DNA from: Blepharisma stoltei ATCC 30299
Taxonomy: Eukaryota > Protista > Ciliophora
DNA length: 64,000 bases
Reading direction: 5' to 3'
Assembly: GCA_965603825.1 (NCBI GenBank)
Contig: CBFDEM010000003.1
Coordinates: 511,709-575,708 of the forward strand
Shown here: piece after piece, positions 36,426 through 48,452 of the stretch
Numbering within the stretch: the stretch's first letter is position 1
Layout: the number at the start of each line of letters is the position of its first letter
Position numbers and translations under genes: made by a program
Notes under the pieces: generated by a model
The model's database searches: none
What the model was told of the DNA's origin: nothing
Seen by the model: the letters and a program-made list of their open reading frames with translations, nothing else

Positions 36426-37343
36426 TTATAAATGATTATTCATTTCTAAGTGCTCAAGCCGAAGTGATAACCAGTTAATAGTCCTCCCAATGATTTCTGG
36501 GAATTCTGGCTCATTTGCGATGAAATGGTGCATATTTTCGTAGATTACGAATTCTTTGTCTTCAGCCCGCGACCATCTGCCGAACGTTTCTGCTTGTTCT
36601 GGGTCTGAAAAATTGTCTTTTCCACCTTGGAAAAGGATAAAAGGCGTTTTTATGTCCCATAATCTCCCTCTAAGCCTCTCTATAGCATTGATTAAATTTA
36701 CCGTTGTACCAATTTGGATTCTCCCTTTTACCATGTCAGGGTTTTCGTTTCACCATGAAGTATTATGAGGATTTCTCGATAAAGTTTCAATATCAATAGG
36801 CTCTGCCAGCATTGCAGGATAACAAAAAGAAATTCACTTGGAAAACTTATATTGGCATCGTGAAAAATTTGAATTTACTCCAATCTGGGGTGCAAAAAGA
36901 ATAAGGCCTTTTATGACAGCTGGGTAGCTTAAAGCGATTTCTAGACAAATTGTGCCACCAATTCCGTCACCTGCTAAAAAGATTGGGGTGTCTTTAGGGT
37001 AATGCTCTTTTGCTCGAAAAATGTATTCGGCTGCGTCTTCGTAGGTATTGTTTAGATCAGAATATACACCTCGAGGACCGCTGCTTTTGCCATGGCCAGC
37101 TTGATCGAAAGCAAGGACTTCAAATTTCTGCTTGGCAAGTTTGGAGGCGAAGTGGGTGTAATAGCTTGAAGAAGAAAATGACCCGTGAAATAGAAAAATA
37201 AGAGCTCGGGGGTTTGATACTGGGTAGCGGTAGGTATGGAGCTTGTGGCAAGAGCTGGAATGCAGAGATAGCCAGTCTTCTTCTGGGAAAAAGACACCTG
37301 CACTAGGAATCACGCCTTGGTATTTGACCCACCAGTCACTCAT
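36426..37343 (-). CDS. Monoglyceride lipase-like protein lacking the catalytic Ser (305 aa)
   Basis: Joins 36834..37355 and 36426..36734 via TGA; elbow reads GDGIGG instead of GESxGG. Confidence 0.88.
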
Positions 37344-37480
37344 TTTAATTAGCAAGCAGTTATCTTAATGTAAATTTAATCATAAATTATTAAATGAGCT
37401 ATAAATTTAAAAGCAAATGGTTATTAATAAAGCAAATTTACTGGCAGTAGTCTTTAATTATCTATTTTCTAGAGAATCTA

Positions 37481-38386
37481 TTAAATCCTATCATTCATCC
37501 ATCTTAGAGTTTTATCGACTATCTCCGGAAATTCAGGCTCATTTCCAATCGCATGATACATTTCTTCATAAAACACGAATTCTTTGTTCTCAACTGCACA
37601 GCTGCTCACAAAATCTCGGGCATGACCAGGATCACAGGACTGATCTTTTCCTCCTTGAAAATATATAAATGGGGTTGTTAAGCCATAAAGCTGCCTGCTG
37701 AGCTTATTTAATGCGTCTACCATAGTAAGAATGCTTCTCATTTCTATTGCTCCTGAATAACAATCAGGGTTATCATCCCATCAGCTTCCATGGGCAGGGT
37801 TCCTTGAAAAGAGATCTGAGCTCATTTTGGGGATAGTTATGCTTGGCTTGCACCAGGTTAGAAATCTCATTATTTTTATATTACATGAGGACAGTTTAGG
37901 CCCATTACTGATTCCTGGAGCATAAAGGATCAGCCCTTTAATAAGATTTGGGATCTTTAAAGCAATGCTTAAAGCAATAGTCCCTCCCAAACTTTCTCCA
38001 GCAAGAAAAATAGGTGGATTTTCAGGATACAAAGCCCTCACTTTTTCAATATACTCAATATGGCTTGTATAAGTAGCCTCAAGATCTAGAATCAGCCCTC
38101 TTGGCCCTGAACTTTTTCCGTGACCTAGCTGATCTATTGCGAAAACTGCAAAGCCATCTTGATATAGTCTGCTTGCCAAATAAGTATGATAGCTAGCTGC
38201 TGAAAAGGAGCCGTGAAATATAAAAACCAGTGCTTTAGGCTCTGAAACGTGAAACCTATAAGTGACAAGATCGCCATAAGCTCTATCAGATTTTTGAGTT
38301 ATAGGCATCCAATTTTCAGACTCATAGAAAATTCCTGCACTAAGTATCAAGCCTTGATACTTCTGCCACCATTCTTGATTCGCCAT
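37481..38386 (-). CDS. Monoglyceride lipase/lysophospholipase (301 aa)
   Basis: GESLGG, QGGKD, MYHAI; one TGA at 37781 (HGS-W-WDDNP). Confidence 0.92.
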
Positions 38387-38427
38387 AATTTATTAGTGTT
38401 ATTAGCACCTGTTATTTAAACAATTAG

Positions 38428-39681
38428 CTAATCGAATTTATTCGCTTTTATATCTCCAGTCAAAAAGTCAGGAACTTCGTCATAGGTTTGGGATCTTGGT
38501 GCATTTTGGTAGTAGCCTCTGGGCTCTTGATAATAGTTTGGCTCTTTTTGGAAGCTCCTTTGTTCTTCTCTTTGGTAGTTTCTTTGTTCTTCTCTTTGAT
38601 AGCCTCTTGGTTCCTCTTGCTGATAATTTCTATCTTGGGTATAACTTCTGCCATTATTTTGGTATCCAAACGCCCGGTTAGGCTCAACTCTATTCTGGTT
38701 AAAATACCTTTGGTCTTGCCTTGGCTGCACCAATTCTTCATCCTTTTTCCAGCTGAATTCTCCAGTAGGCGGGACATAATTTCCTCTCTGCGCTCCTCCA
38801 TACTGTGAATTAGTCTCTGGATAAAACAATTTTTCCCCTGCATCATTTGGAACATCATCAATATCTCTATACAGCGAAGGCTTTCCATTTCCCCTTACTT
38901 TTGAATATGCCGCATAAGCTCCTTCAGATACATACCCTCCTACAGTGCTGAGGGCGTCTAATGATTTTTCTCCTATGCTGCTTTCCCTTATTTTCTCCGC
39001 AATATTCCCTCCTACTTCTTTTGATTTATCAATTACCACTGATGCCCCGCTCTTAATACTTCCTATGAGCCCATTATCTTTTACAGTTTCTACAGCTGAA
39101 GAAGCCCATTCTGAAGCTTTAGAAACTGCCCCGCCCAGCAAAGATTTAGAAGTTCCCCACCAAGAAGAGCTTTCGGCAGAGTCTGAACGGTAGTTTGAGG
39201 CAAAATGGGGGTTTTCGATTGACGTCCGATTATCAACAGGACGAGGGACTTGAGGTCGTGGAACTGGGGCTTGGGCAAAAGGCTGAAGGGCTGATGATTG
39301 GGTAGGAGGTGGAAAATTAAGCTGACGTCTTTCGACCTCTGCTTTGAGGAGCTCTCTATAATATTCAGCTGCTTTTGTGTAATATCTGAATTGAATTGTG
39401 CAGTTTGGAGGCATTGAGTATGAGTTAAAAAATTCTCTGAGTCGCCTATTACCTCCGTTGGACATCAGCTGAAGCTGCTGAGGAGACCAAGAGTCCATTG
39501 TGGTGGATCTTACGAAGCTTATGTGAACTCCAAGCGCACGGTGCTGACCTGAACACTCTAAGCACAGGAAGATGCCAAGATTCACTGAGGCCCACTGAGC
39601 TCCAGCTTTTCCACAGTCAAAACAGCGGCTATTTTCTCTATCTGCTTGAAGCTGTCGAAAAATATCGCTGGATGATGACAT
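38428..39681 (-). CDS. ADP-ribosylation factor GTPase-activating protein, ArfGAP1-like (417 aa)
   Basis: CFDC-x16-CLEC zinc finger, HRALGVHISFVRS, GGN; central ALPS-like amphipathic S/G/W region; Q/R/Y/E-rich tail with QREEQR repeats. Confidence 0.93.
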   Translation of the reverse strand: MSSSSDIFRQLQADRENSRCFDCGKAGAQWASVNLGIFLCLECSGQHRALGVHISFVRSTTMDSWSPQQLQLMSNGGNRRLREFFNSYSMPPNCTIQFRYYTKAAEYYRELLKAEVERRQLNFPPPTQSSALQPFAQAPVPRPQVPRPVDNRTSIENPHFASNYRSDSAESSSWWGTSKSLLGGAVSKASEWASSAVETVKDNGLIGSIKSGASVVIDKSKEVGGNIAEKIRESSIGEKSLDALSTVGGYVSEGAYAAYSKVRGNGKPSLYRDIDDVPNDAGEKLFYPETNSQYGGAQRGNYVPPTGEFSWKKDEELVQPRQDQRYFNQNRVEPNRAFGYQNNGRSYTQDRNYQQEEPRGYQREEQRNYQREEQRSFQKEPNYYQEPRGYYQNAPRSQTYDEVPDFLTGDIKANKFD

Positions 39682-40214
39682 TTATATAAAATTAGGAAAA
39701 CTGGTTTCTGCATATACAGATAAGATAGAAGGAAAATTTAAAGATTTTGCATATAGATTTTTGAGTATTTACAATTATTCAAGACTGGGTTAAATTGAAG
39801 CGATAGCTTGCTACATAAAAAAATCCAACAATTACAATATATTTTATTTATAGTGTGTACGTCATAAATATTGAACCTATATTAATAAAATCAAGATTTT
39901 GATATAAAAAATTGCTGTGATTTTATTGATGAAAATATATTTAATCGATGGAATTGAAAATGCTTTTATACAGTTAAATTTGATATTTCCACTAATTTTA
40001 GAAAAATTAAATGCCAAATTTTTTAATTAAAAGTTGAAATTTCATAATCGTTTATTTTTAAATATATGCAATGCAAATTTTGTTTATTAATTCAATTGAG
40101 TGCCTACTGAATATAAAATTTATCGAACTATTCTTGGTCGCTGTTATTTTGAAAAATTCCATTTAATACCAGACTATATTTCTAATAAGAGCCTATTTTA
40201 TTACTATATCAAAA

Positions 40215-41027
40215 ATGGCTCTATCACATCCAAGCGTCTCAGAGGTGCAAGCCTACTGAAATGCTGCCTCAGAATGGTACATTGAATCAGCAGAAGTCTC
40301 AGCACTTACTATCTATTCTGCTTTGCTTCCAGTTATAGACACAAAAAATGCTCATAAAATTTGTGATGTTGCATGTGGCTCAGGGAGAGAAATATCTCTT
40401 TTACTTAGTCTTCTTCCTCAGGATTCAGAAATATGGGCAAGCGATATATCAGATGCTATGGTCGATAAAGCTTTGCAGAGGAATCTTCCTAGAACTCACA
40501 TAATTCAAGCTTCCAATGACGCTTTGCCATATATAGACAATAATTTTGACAGATATATTGCCAATTTATCTTTAATGTATGTTCCCGATGCTAGTTTGAT
40601 GATAAGAGAAGCTTGAAGAGTTCTCGCCCCTGGAGGAATTGCTATTTTTTCAGTATGAGGGAGAAGAGAACACTGCACCTTAGAAGCACTTTGGGAGCAA
40701 GCTTTATTCGATGTCGTTGGCAGCCAAGCCAAATCCAAGAGATCTCCTTTTTACTTATCTGATTCAGGAGAGCTGAAATCTCTAGTAAAAAATTGTGGAT
40801 TCAATAAAGTTTTTAGCTATTTCACAGCTGCACCTTTTGCCGGCACAGGATTTGAAGAGACGATGTCTTTTTATGCCCATTTTCCTAGAGTTCTTGCAAT
40901 TAAAAACCAATACGATGAGTCTACATTTCAAAGATTTTGGACCAGGCTTACAGAGCTGGTCCAAGAAATCGTAGAAAAAGAAGAAGTCTTGATGTTTGAC
41001 GTCCAGGTGGTTTTAGCATATAAATAA
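40215..41027 (+). CDS. Class I SAM-dependent methyltransferase (270 aa)
   Basis: ICDVACGSG, SDISDAMV, LPYIDNNFDRYIANLSL, REA(TGA)RVLAPGG; single frame to TAA 41027. Confidence 0.9.
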
Positions 41028-41038
41028 GTTATAACTAA

Positions 41039-44000
41039 ATGGAATCTGAGCTCATTAAGCTGAAAAACCAAAAAGCCCGCTTAATGAGGCAGTCAATCTT
41101 AAACCAACAGGCTTATGAAGCTTTACTTGACGAGAAAAACAACCTTATTGACAAGATCGTAGATATGGAAAATCAAATTCCTGAGGATTTTGAAACAGAG
41201 CCTGATATTTTGGTAGAAGAAGAAGACCAGTTAGAAAAGCCAAAAACAATAGAAAATGATATGCTGAAAAACAGCTTGCTTTATCATGGAACTGTTATAC
41301 TTACCAGAGTCACTGCATTGCAAAGGTATTTTCAAGGATTTTTCGGTTCACATTCAAGCCCATCTCACCCAATTAATTTTGTGTCGGTACAAAACTGAGA
41401 ATATGTAATTGTCTTGCCGAACCCTGATTTCCCTACTTTTTTAGGCAGATCTATCACCTTGTTTCAGGCTGAGAAATTATTTAAAAAATGCTTTAACCCT
41501 GAATACTCACAAAATATGGAAACTCTTAGAAATAACCAGCTGGTCGAGCTTTCTGCTTATAAAAAGTGCTTAGACTTAATCCCAGACGTTGGGAAAGATA
41601 AGCAGTTTAAGTATGGCGGAAGAATCAAGAAAACTCAATTTAATGCCTTCATGGACTTAGGAGGACCACCTAAAGACGTGCTGACTTTAATTAGAAATGT
41701 TCTGCTAGTCAAGCTAGGGATCCATTTGGGACTATATACAAGGCAAGTTATTAGTGAAAATGGCAAGTATATTTATTTATTGATTTATGCCCATGAAAAT
41801 GAGCTGCTTAAAGAAGCAGAAGCTATAGAATTTAATTTGCAGCTGGAAATAGGAGTAACAGACCTAGCGTCATTAGAGCCTTGTGATAAGTCGTATAGGC
41901 CGTACAGAGTTTTGACCTGCCCATCAGATATTAAGATGCTATTAAAAGGGCTGGACGAAGATTACAGCGAAATAATGAACTCTTTCAGATTTAATGAGTC
42001 AGAAGGCCAAGAATACGAGCCTAATGGGGTTACATCCCAAGATTGAGAGTCCTACAAAATGTATTTGTTTCAGCTACGGCAAGGCCTGGACGAGCTAAAA
42101 GAGGTCCAGCTGCCTTTTAACCAGCGAATGATGTACTACCAAAAACTAATCAGAAACTGCATGGATAATGTAAATGCTTCTAGATTTGACAAATTTAAGC
42201 TAAAAAATCTATGAGACAGGCTAAAACTTCCTAAGCCAATTGGTGCTTATTGTGATTATAAACAAAAAATTGACCCTGTAACTGATGAAGATAAGTACTC
42301 AAACTTGTGAAGAAGGCACAAAATTGATCAGAATGAAAGAAGATCAATTTTCAGGAACACAGACAGGCTAAAGCTACTGCAATCTCTTATCAGCCGACAA
42401 GTGAAATTGCAGTATTTACAACGTAAAGGAGCAATCATAGCTCATTTCCCACTTACTAATAAGTGAGAGCTAAATGGAAAAGAAAACCTGGCTAACATGA
42501 CAGATGACCTAAATATGAACACAATTTTTTCACAAGTTTCTATAGGATATTTAAATGAGAGAAAAAAGCATGCTCAAGGACTAGCTAATATATGGAAAGG
42601 AGATTTTTTTGGAAGGAGGATCCCTCTAGGCAAAATCCGTGGGTATTTTGGAGAAAAAATTGGGCTATATTTTGCATTTTTAGGGTTTTATAGTAACGCT
42701 TTAAAAATCCCAGGAATAATTGGGCTTGTGGTATTTATTTTTCAAAGGAGCTATCCAGATGACAGCAATTTTGTAACAGTCCTGAACGCATTTTACTGCA
42801 TTTTTATAGCGACATGGGCAACTTGTTTATTAGAGTACTGGAGGAGAAAAGAAAATTGTTTAGCAATCAAGTGGGGGCAGATGGATTATGAAGAAGACGA
42901 GGTACCAAGATCACAGTTCAGAGGAGAAACTAGAAGGTCTCCAATTGATGACGATCTTGAAGAAGTCTTCTTTCCTGCAGGAAAGAGAAGACTGTATCTT
43001 ATGCTTACCTATTTCACGTCCTTGCTGTTTATTCTTCTAGTTCTTGGCATTGTTGCAGGGATAATTGTTTTGCGCTGGACTCTGACTGATTATCTTTTAT
43101 ATTCTGGCTATGATTTTGCTGGGCCGGTATGCTCTGTTTTGAATGCTTTTCAGGTGCAGATTTTTAACTTTATATACGGGAAATTAGCAATTAAATTGAA
43201 TGATAGAGAAAATCATAGGACTCAGAGCTCATATGAAAACTCATTAATTATAAAAACTTATACGTTTCAGTTCATCAATTCATTCAATTCTCTTTTTTAC
43301 ATAGCATTTTTAAAAACCAGCATGGAAGGCTGCATCGTTGATGACTCAAACGGCAAAAAAGTTAGAAAGGTCGGGGCTAACTGCATGGGCGAGCTTTACA
43401 CCCAACTAATTTCACTATTTATCGTAGCCTTTTTGAAAAACGCTGTCGAGCTTGGCTGGCCTTATGTGCAATACAGAATGAAGAAAAATGAATTTTACCT
43501 TGGAGAAGAAGAAAGAAAAAAGCTTCTTTCTTTGGTTTCCGCTGATGAATTTGGAGCGCTGAGAGATGAAATTGACATTCAAATCCAAAAACCAGCATAT
43601 ATTACAAGAGAAGTTGATGGGACATTAGGAGATTATATGGAATTGGCTGTATTGTTCGGGTATATTACTCTATTTGCCGTCGCTTTTCCGCTGTCGTGCT
43701 CCCTTTCTTTACTGATGTGCTTATGTGAGCTGCAAGTCGATAAATATAAACTTTTGTATTTAGTAAGACGGCCACAGCCTATGGGGGCAAGAGGCATTGG
43801 AACCTGATGGGCAATTTTCAACATAAACTGCGTCATAGCTATTTTCACCAATGTAGCGCTCTTGTGCTTTACAATGCCTACTTTTGACGACTGGCAGGTT
43901 GCTAGTGATAATATTTATGCCACTTTTGCGGTTTTTTCTATATGCTTAATAGTCTTCCGGAGTTTTCTGCAAAAAGCTATTCCAGATATCCCAGAAAAAT

Positions 44001-44152
44001 ATCTTTATGTTTTTAAAAGACACCAAAACATAGAAGATAGGCATCTCAGAGGCTGGGAGTACAGCAAAGGCAAGGTTGCAGGGCAGATGGAAAGCGGAAT
44101 TGACCCAAAAATCTACTGCACAGTTAAGCCTGAAAATATAATTGTATCATAA
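41039..44152 (+). CDS. Anoctamin/TMEM16 family channel/scramblase (1037 aa)
   Basis: Four track ORFs in one frame separated only by TGA. IRGYFGEKIGLYFAFL, ENHRTQSSYENSLIIK, FINSFNSLFYIAF, DYMELAVLFGYITLFAVAFPL, ELQVDKYKL, RRP...GIGT(TGA). Confidence 0.94.
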
Positions 44153-44165
44153 TAGTTATTAAATT

Positions 44166-44588
44166 ATGAATTCTATAGAAAGCCATGAGCTAAATGTAAT
44201 TCCTTATGACGAAGAAGAAGAGAAATACAGGAATTACCAAGAAATACACAAGGAACTGGCGTCTTTAAAAGAAATTGAAAAAGATGTAGGCGAACTTGTG
44301 GGTGATCAGCAGGAAATTATAAAAGAGGTTGAGAAAAACACCGATAAAGCGCATAAAGAAAGTGTAGAGGCAGGGAATGAGCTGAAAAAAGCAGCTGTAA
44401 CACAGGCCAAAGGGTGAAAGTGGATGATTGGAGGTGGGATGATGACTATTGGAGGAGCACTAGGAGTTATTGGAGGACCGGTTGGGATTGGGATAGGCTC
44501 AGCGTTAGGAGGAGCCCTTGGAGCTAAAATTGGTAGTTCTTTTGAAAAGAGACAGAAAAATGCGATTGATTCTATAAAATTTAACTAG
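44166..44588 (+). CDS. Short Qa-SNARE with glycine-rich hairpin anchor, syntaxin-17-like (140 aa)
   Basis: SNARE motif LKEIEKDVGELVGDQQEIIKEVEKNTDKAHKESVEAGNELKKA, then (TGA)KWMIGGGMMTIGGALGVIGGPVGIGIGSALGGALGAKIG and basic tail; TAG 44588. Confidence 0.8.
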
Positions 44589-44832
44589 ATTTTGGTTTGA
44601 ATTCAAAAGGCTTCAAATTTCTGCTGAGATTTTTTATGCTAGAGTTATCAAAAATTTCTAGTATAGGTGCATATATAAAGTAAGGCTAGTACTATTCTTT
44701 AAAAACAACAAAAAATAAAGGCCGCAAGCTAAGATTTCATAAATTTCTCTTTGGTATTAATTTATAATAGATCATTTATTATTTAAATATCTAATCCAGC
44801 TCAATTTAAAGAAAATATTTGATCTAATTTTA

Positions 44833-45453
44833 TTAATCGCTACTTGTAAAACAGCAACAAATCTTCTTCTTAATTGTCCTTTTCTCTTCTACAGCTGGTT
44901 GCTTTGCTACTGGAGTCTCAGGAGCTGTGAAACTAGTCTCGTCATCTAAATTGACGACAGGCTGCATCTTATCCCTTGATTTTTCGTCAAACCTTTTTTC
45001 ACACAATGCAAATCTCACAAAATTTGTCTCAATAACAGACTGCCCTGAGTCAAGAACTGGCATATCTGTCTTTGGCTTGCCTTTCTTATCAGCAAATCTT
45101 AATAAATATGCAGAAGGGTCTCGAGGAGCACTGTATTTTGCAGAGAAAAATTCTGACGCCCTTGTAATCACGTCAAAAACTCGGTCATTTTGAAAAACTT
45201 CTATTTCTTGCATGTAATGATCACCGTCGTTATATTGGCTTCAGTAGTGGATCACGACAGGGACTTTGTTAGGCTTTATTTGCATGCTTGTATGGGATGG
45301 ACCATCGCCACCAATCATTCTGCTCAGTTGGCTTGTGGCTGCTCGGCCTTTTTCTTCTTGTGCAAAGCTGCCGTGGTGAGAATTACCGGGAGAAGAGGGA
45401 GGAGAAACGCTGCGATTGTTTGGAATTAGAGGTTCTTGAAGTTGCTTAGACAT
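44833..45453 (-). CDS. Sin1-middle (CRIM)-like domain protein with C-terminal Cys cluster (206 aa)
   Basis: AYLLRFADKKGKPKTDMPVLDSGQSVIETNFVRFALCEK matches the Sin1/Avo1 CRIM pattern; tail KKKICCCFTSSD. Confidence 0.72.
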
Positions 45454-45950
45454 TTTTATCACCTATAAGACGATAAGTTTTTAATAAAATCCTTAGTATT
45501 TTGAATTAGAAAATTATAAGCTTATGATCTTCATTAGTATGATTTATTCCAATGATGATCTTATGAAAAGCTTTCAAAAGAAAACATTATTAGTGACATA
45601 ATAATATATGCTATTTAAAATTAACTCCTGTATTTGTCCAGTAAGTCTATCTTGTTCTGCACTTTCTATCCAATCTATTTATCTTCCCTTCATTATTTTT
45701 TCTTATCCTCATTTTCCTCCCTCTTAATTTTAAACTTGAATTTCATTTTCTCAAATATCCCAATCTTTCCTTCAAAATCTTAATTTTTAAAATTAATAAT
45801 AATAAAGATATCTTCAAAGATTTTTTAAAGTCCTCAAATTCCCTTCAAATTTCCGGCAGTTAAAAAGTATCCTTCGTATCCTCCTATTCAAAATGTATCT
45901 CCTCAATGATCATAAAAGTTACTAAACTCCTTTCTATTATAATTATAATA

Positions 45951-46853
45951 ATGCATTTTGACACTGGCATTTTTCATAGGCCTGAAGACTCTTCATTTAT
46001 AACTGCTCTATTTCCACATTTTTCAGATACTCTTTATGCATCTGCCGACGTCTACATTTCAATAAGGGCAAGAGAGCAAATTTCAAAAACAGTTGATTGT
46101 CTAGCGAACCACAGGATCACCCCGGACCGCAGATCTTGTATGGTAAACTGAATGATAGAAGTTTTGTCCCAATACGAAGCCTCACTTCAAACATTTTTCC
46201 GTGCCGTGAAAATCATGGACAAATTTTTTCAACTTTCGCCAAAGTCAATTTCTTCGTCAAAACTGCACATTATTGGGGTCACCTGCATGTTTATTGCGTC
46301 TAAATTCGAAGATACAGACCCTTTAAGGCTGGCTATTGTAAGAGAAGAAATCGGGCATGGTAAATTTTCGAAGGAGGCCATTAAAAAGATGGAAAGAAAG
46401 ATCGTGAGAGCTTTGGAGTTTGACGTGGCTGTTCCTAATTGTAATGAAGTTTTTGGGTATTTGAGTGAAATTGTAGAAGTCCAGCCTGCGGTGAAGAGGA
46501 CTGCGGAAATGATTTTGGTGCTTTTACAAATTTATTATAACATGCAATTGCTACCATCACAAGAAGCTGTGGCAGCTTTTATAATTGCTGCAAAATCACT
46601 GAGGCAGGATGATGATGTCATTAAAAGGATTTTGCTTGTGTCAGGATATTCAGAGGATGAAGTTGTGGGGCTTGCTGATAGCATTTTTCGTGAATTATTA
46701 CTTTTTCCGGATCATTATGGAAATTGTCAAAATGCAATGAGATTTTTTCAGTTTAATTTAATTTTAAGAGTGCCAGGCCCGCTGTTTGAGTTTTGGGATG
46801 CTGACCTCAGCAGAAATCAAGAACAATTGCTTGGACTTTTTAATAATAACTAA
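45951..46853 (+). CDS. Cyclin, A/B-type cyclin box (300 aa)
   Basis: RSCMVN(TGA)MIEVL = RxxxxxW cyclin-box start; TFFRAVKIMDKF, LHIIGVTCMFIASKFED, MERKIVRALEF. Confidence 0.92.
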
Positions 46854-46997
46854 ATTAAGGCGATTTGTAGGTATATAATCAAATTTAACTTGAAAAATGT
46901 TAATTAAATGCAAATTAATTACCCTTAACCTTTAGACCATTTTTTTCTAAAATAATAATGCTTCCTTTTCTATAGGGGGCAATATTTGTAATAAAAT

Positions 46998-48452
46998 ATG
47001 GGAATAAAGCAATTGATGAAGCTGATCAACGAAAAGGCACCATCAGCAGTAAGAAAAATCACCTTAGAACAGTACTCAGGCAAAGTTATAGCATGTGACG
47101 CCTCTATGGCAATTTACCAATGTCTAATTGCTCCACTATTCAAGTCTCAATCAGGAATGCTATCTGATGAATCAGGAAATCCGACTTCTCATTTAATGGG
47201 TCTTCTTAGCCGGACCATCCAATTGCTTGAGCATAATATCAAACCAATCTGAGTTTTTGATGGAAAAGCGCCTGAAGAAAAATCACAAGAACTCACCAAA
47301 AGAAAGCTTTTAAAGAAAAAAAATCAAGATAAATTAAGAGAAGCCCAAGGAGAAATACTCCCTACAAAGACTCCTCGAGAGGACTCCCACATCCCATATA
47401 CACCTACAGAATCCCACATCCCAATGCCTAAATGTGCAGAAATTCCTATTTCCAACGAAAAAAATTGGAAAAACCGAAAAGAAAACCAAACCCACCAAAG
47501 GAGAAAATTCAAGAAAAAAGTCGACGATATTGAGACTGAGCTTCGGCTAAAAATATCCTCCTTACTAGGATATGAAATCCCTATTATAGAGTCAGAAGAT
47601 TATTTATGCAAAGGAGAAAGTGACGAAGAAGAAGTTGGGTTAATGAGAGAAATCGACGCTATGGTCGGATATCTCAGCAAAAATAAATATTCTGATATAG
47701 AAGAAGTCAAAAAAATCGCAAGAAGGACTGTACATATTACTAAAGAAATGGTTGACGACGCAAAGAAATTACTGCATCTTATGGGAGTGCCGGTTATTGA
47801 AGCTCCTGGAGAAGCAGAAGCACAGTGCGCAGAATTAGTGAAAAACTCAAGGGCTTATGCAGTTTTAACTGAAGATATGGATACTTTGGCCTTCGGAGCA
47901 AATATTATGGTGAGAGGAATGGGCAGTAAAAATGAGCCAATGGTAGAAATTACTTTGGAAAATATTTTGAGGGATTTTCAAATGAAATTGGAGACTTTTA
48001 TTGATTTATGTATTTTATTAGGCTGTGATTATACTTCTACAATTGAAGGAATTGGGCATAAAAGGGCTTTTGCGTTATTGCAAGAGTGCTCGAGTATTGA
48101 AAATGTTATTAATGTGGCAGATAAAGGAAGCAAAGGAAATTTTAAAGTGCCTTCAGATTTTGATTATAATAAAGCGAGAAATTTGTTTTTGCATCCTGTA
48201 GTGAGTGAGCCTGATCAGCTAGATTTAAATTGAGAAGTACCGAATGAAGGAGATTTAAGAGATTTCTTAATGGTTCAAAAAGATTTTGGGAAAGAAAAAA
48301 TCAATGGGTTTATAAGGAGATTAAATAATATATCGAAGAAGCCTGCGCAGATGAGGCTAGATGCATTTTATGACTCTGAAACACTGAAGAGGCCTCCTGA
48401 AGACACTAAAAAGATTAAAAAGAAAGCAGCTCCCAAGAAAAAGAAAAAGTAA
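46998..48452 (+). CDS. FEN1: Flap endonuclease 1-like nuclease with ~110-aa insertion (484 aa)
   Basis: MGIKQLMKLI, CDASMAIYQ, TSHLMG, KPI(TGA)VFDG, APGEAEAQCA, TEDMDTL, LLGCDY, IEGIG, PIP box QMRLDAFY, basic tail. Confidence 0.9.

Noticed and set aside
47355-47690. FEN1 insertion as an IES, intron or intein
   Set aside because: In frame, no TAA/TAG, coding-like composition, and no intein C/S...HN ends or clear TA-bounded repeat; treated as a protein insertion.
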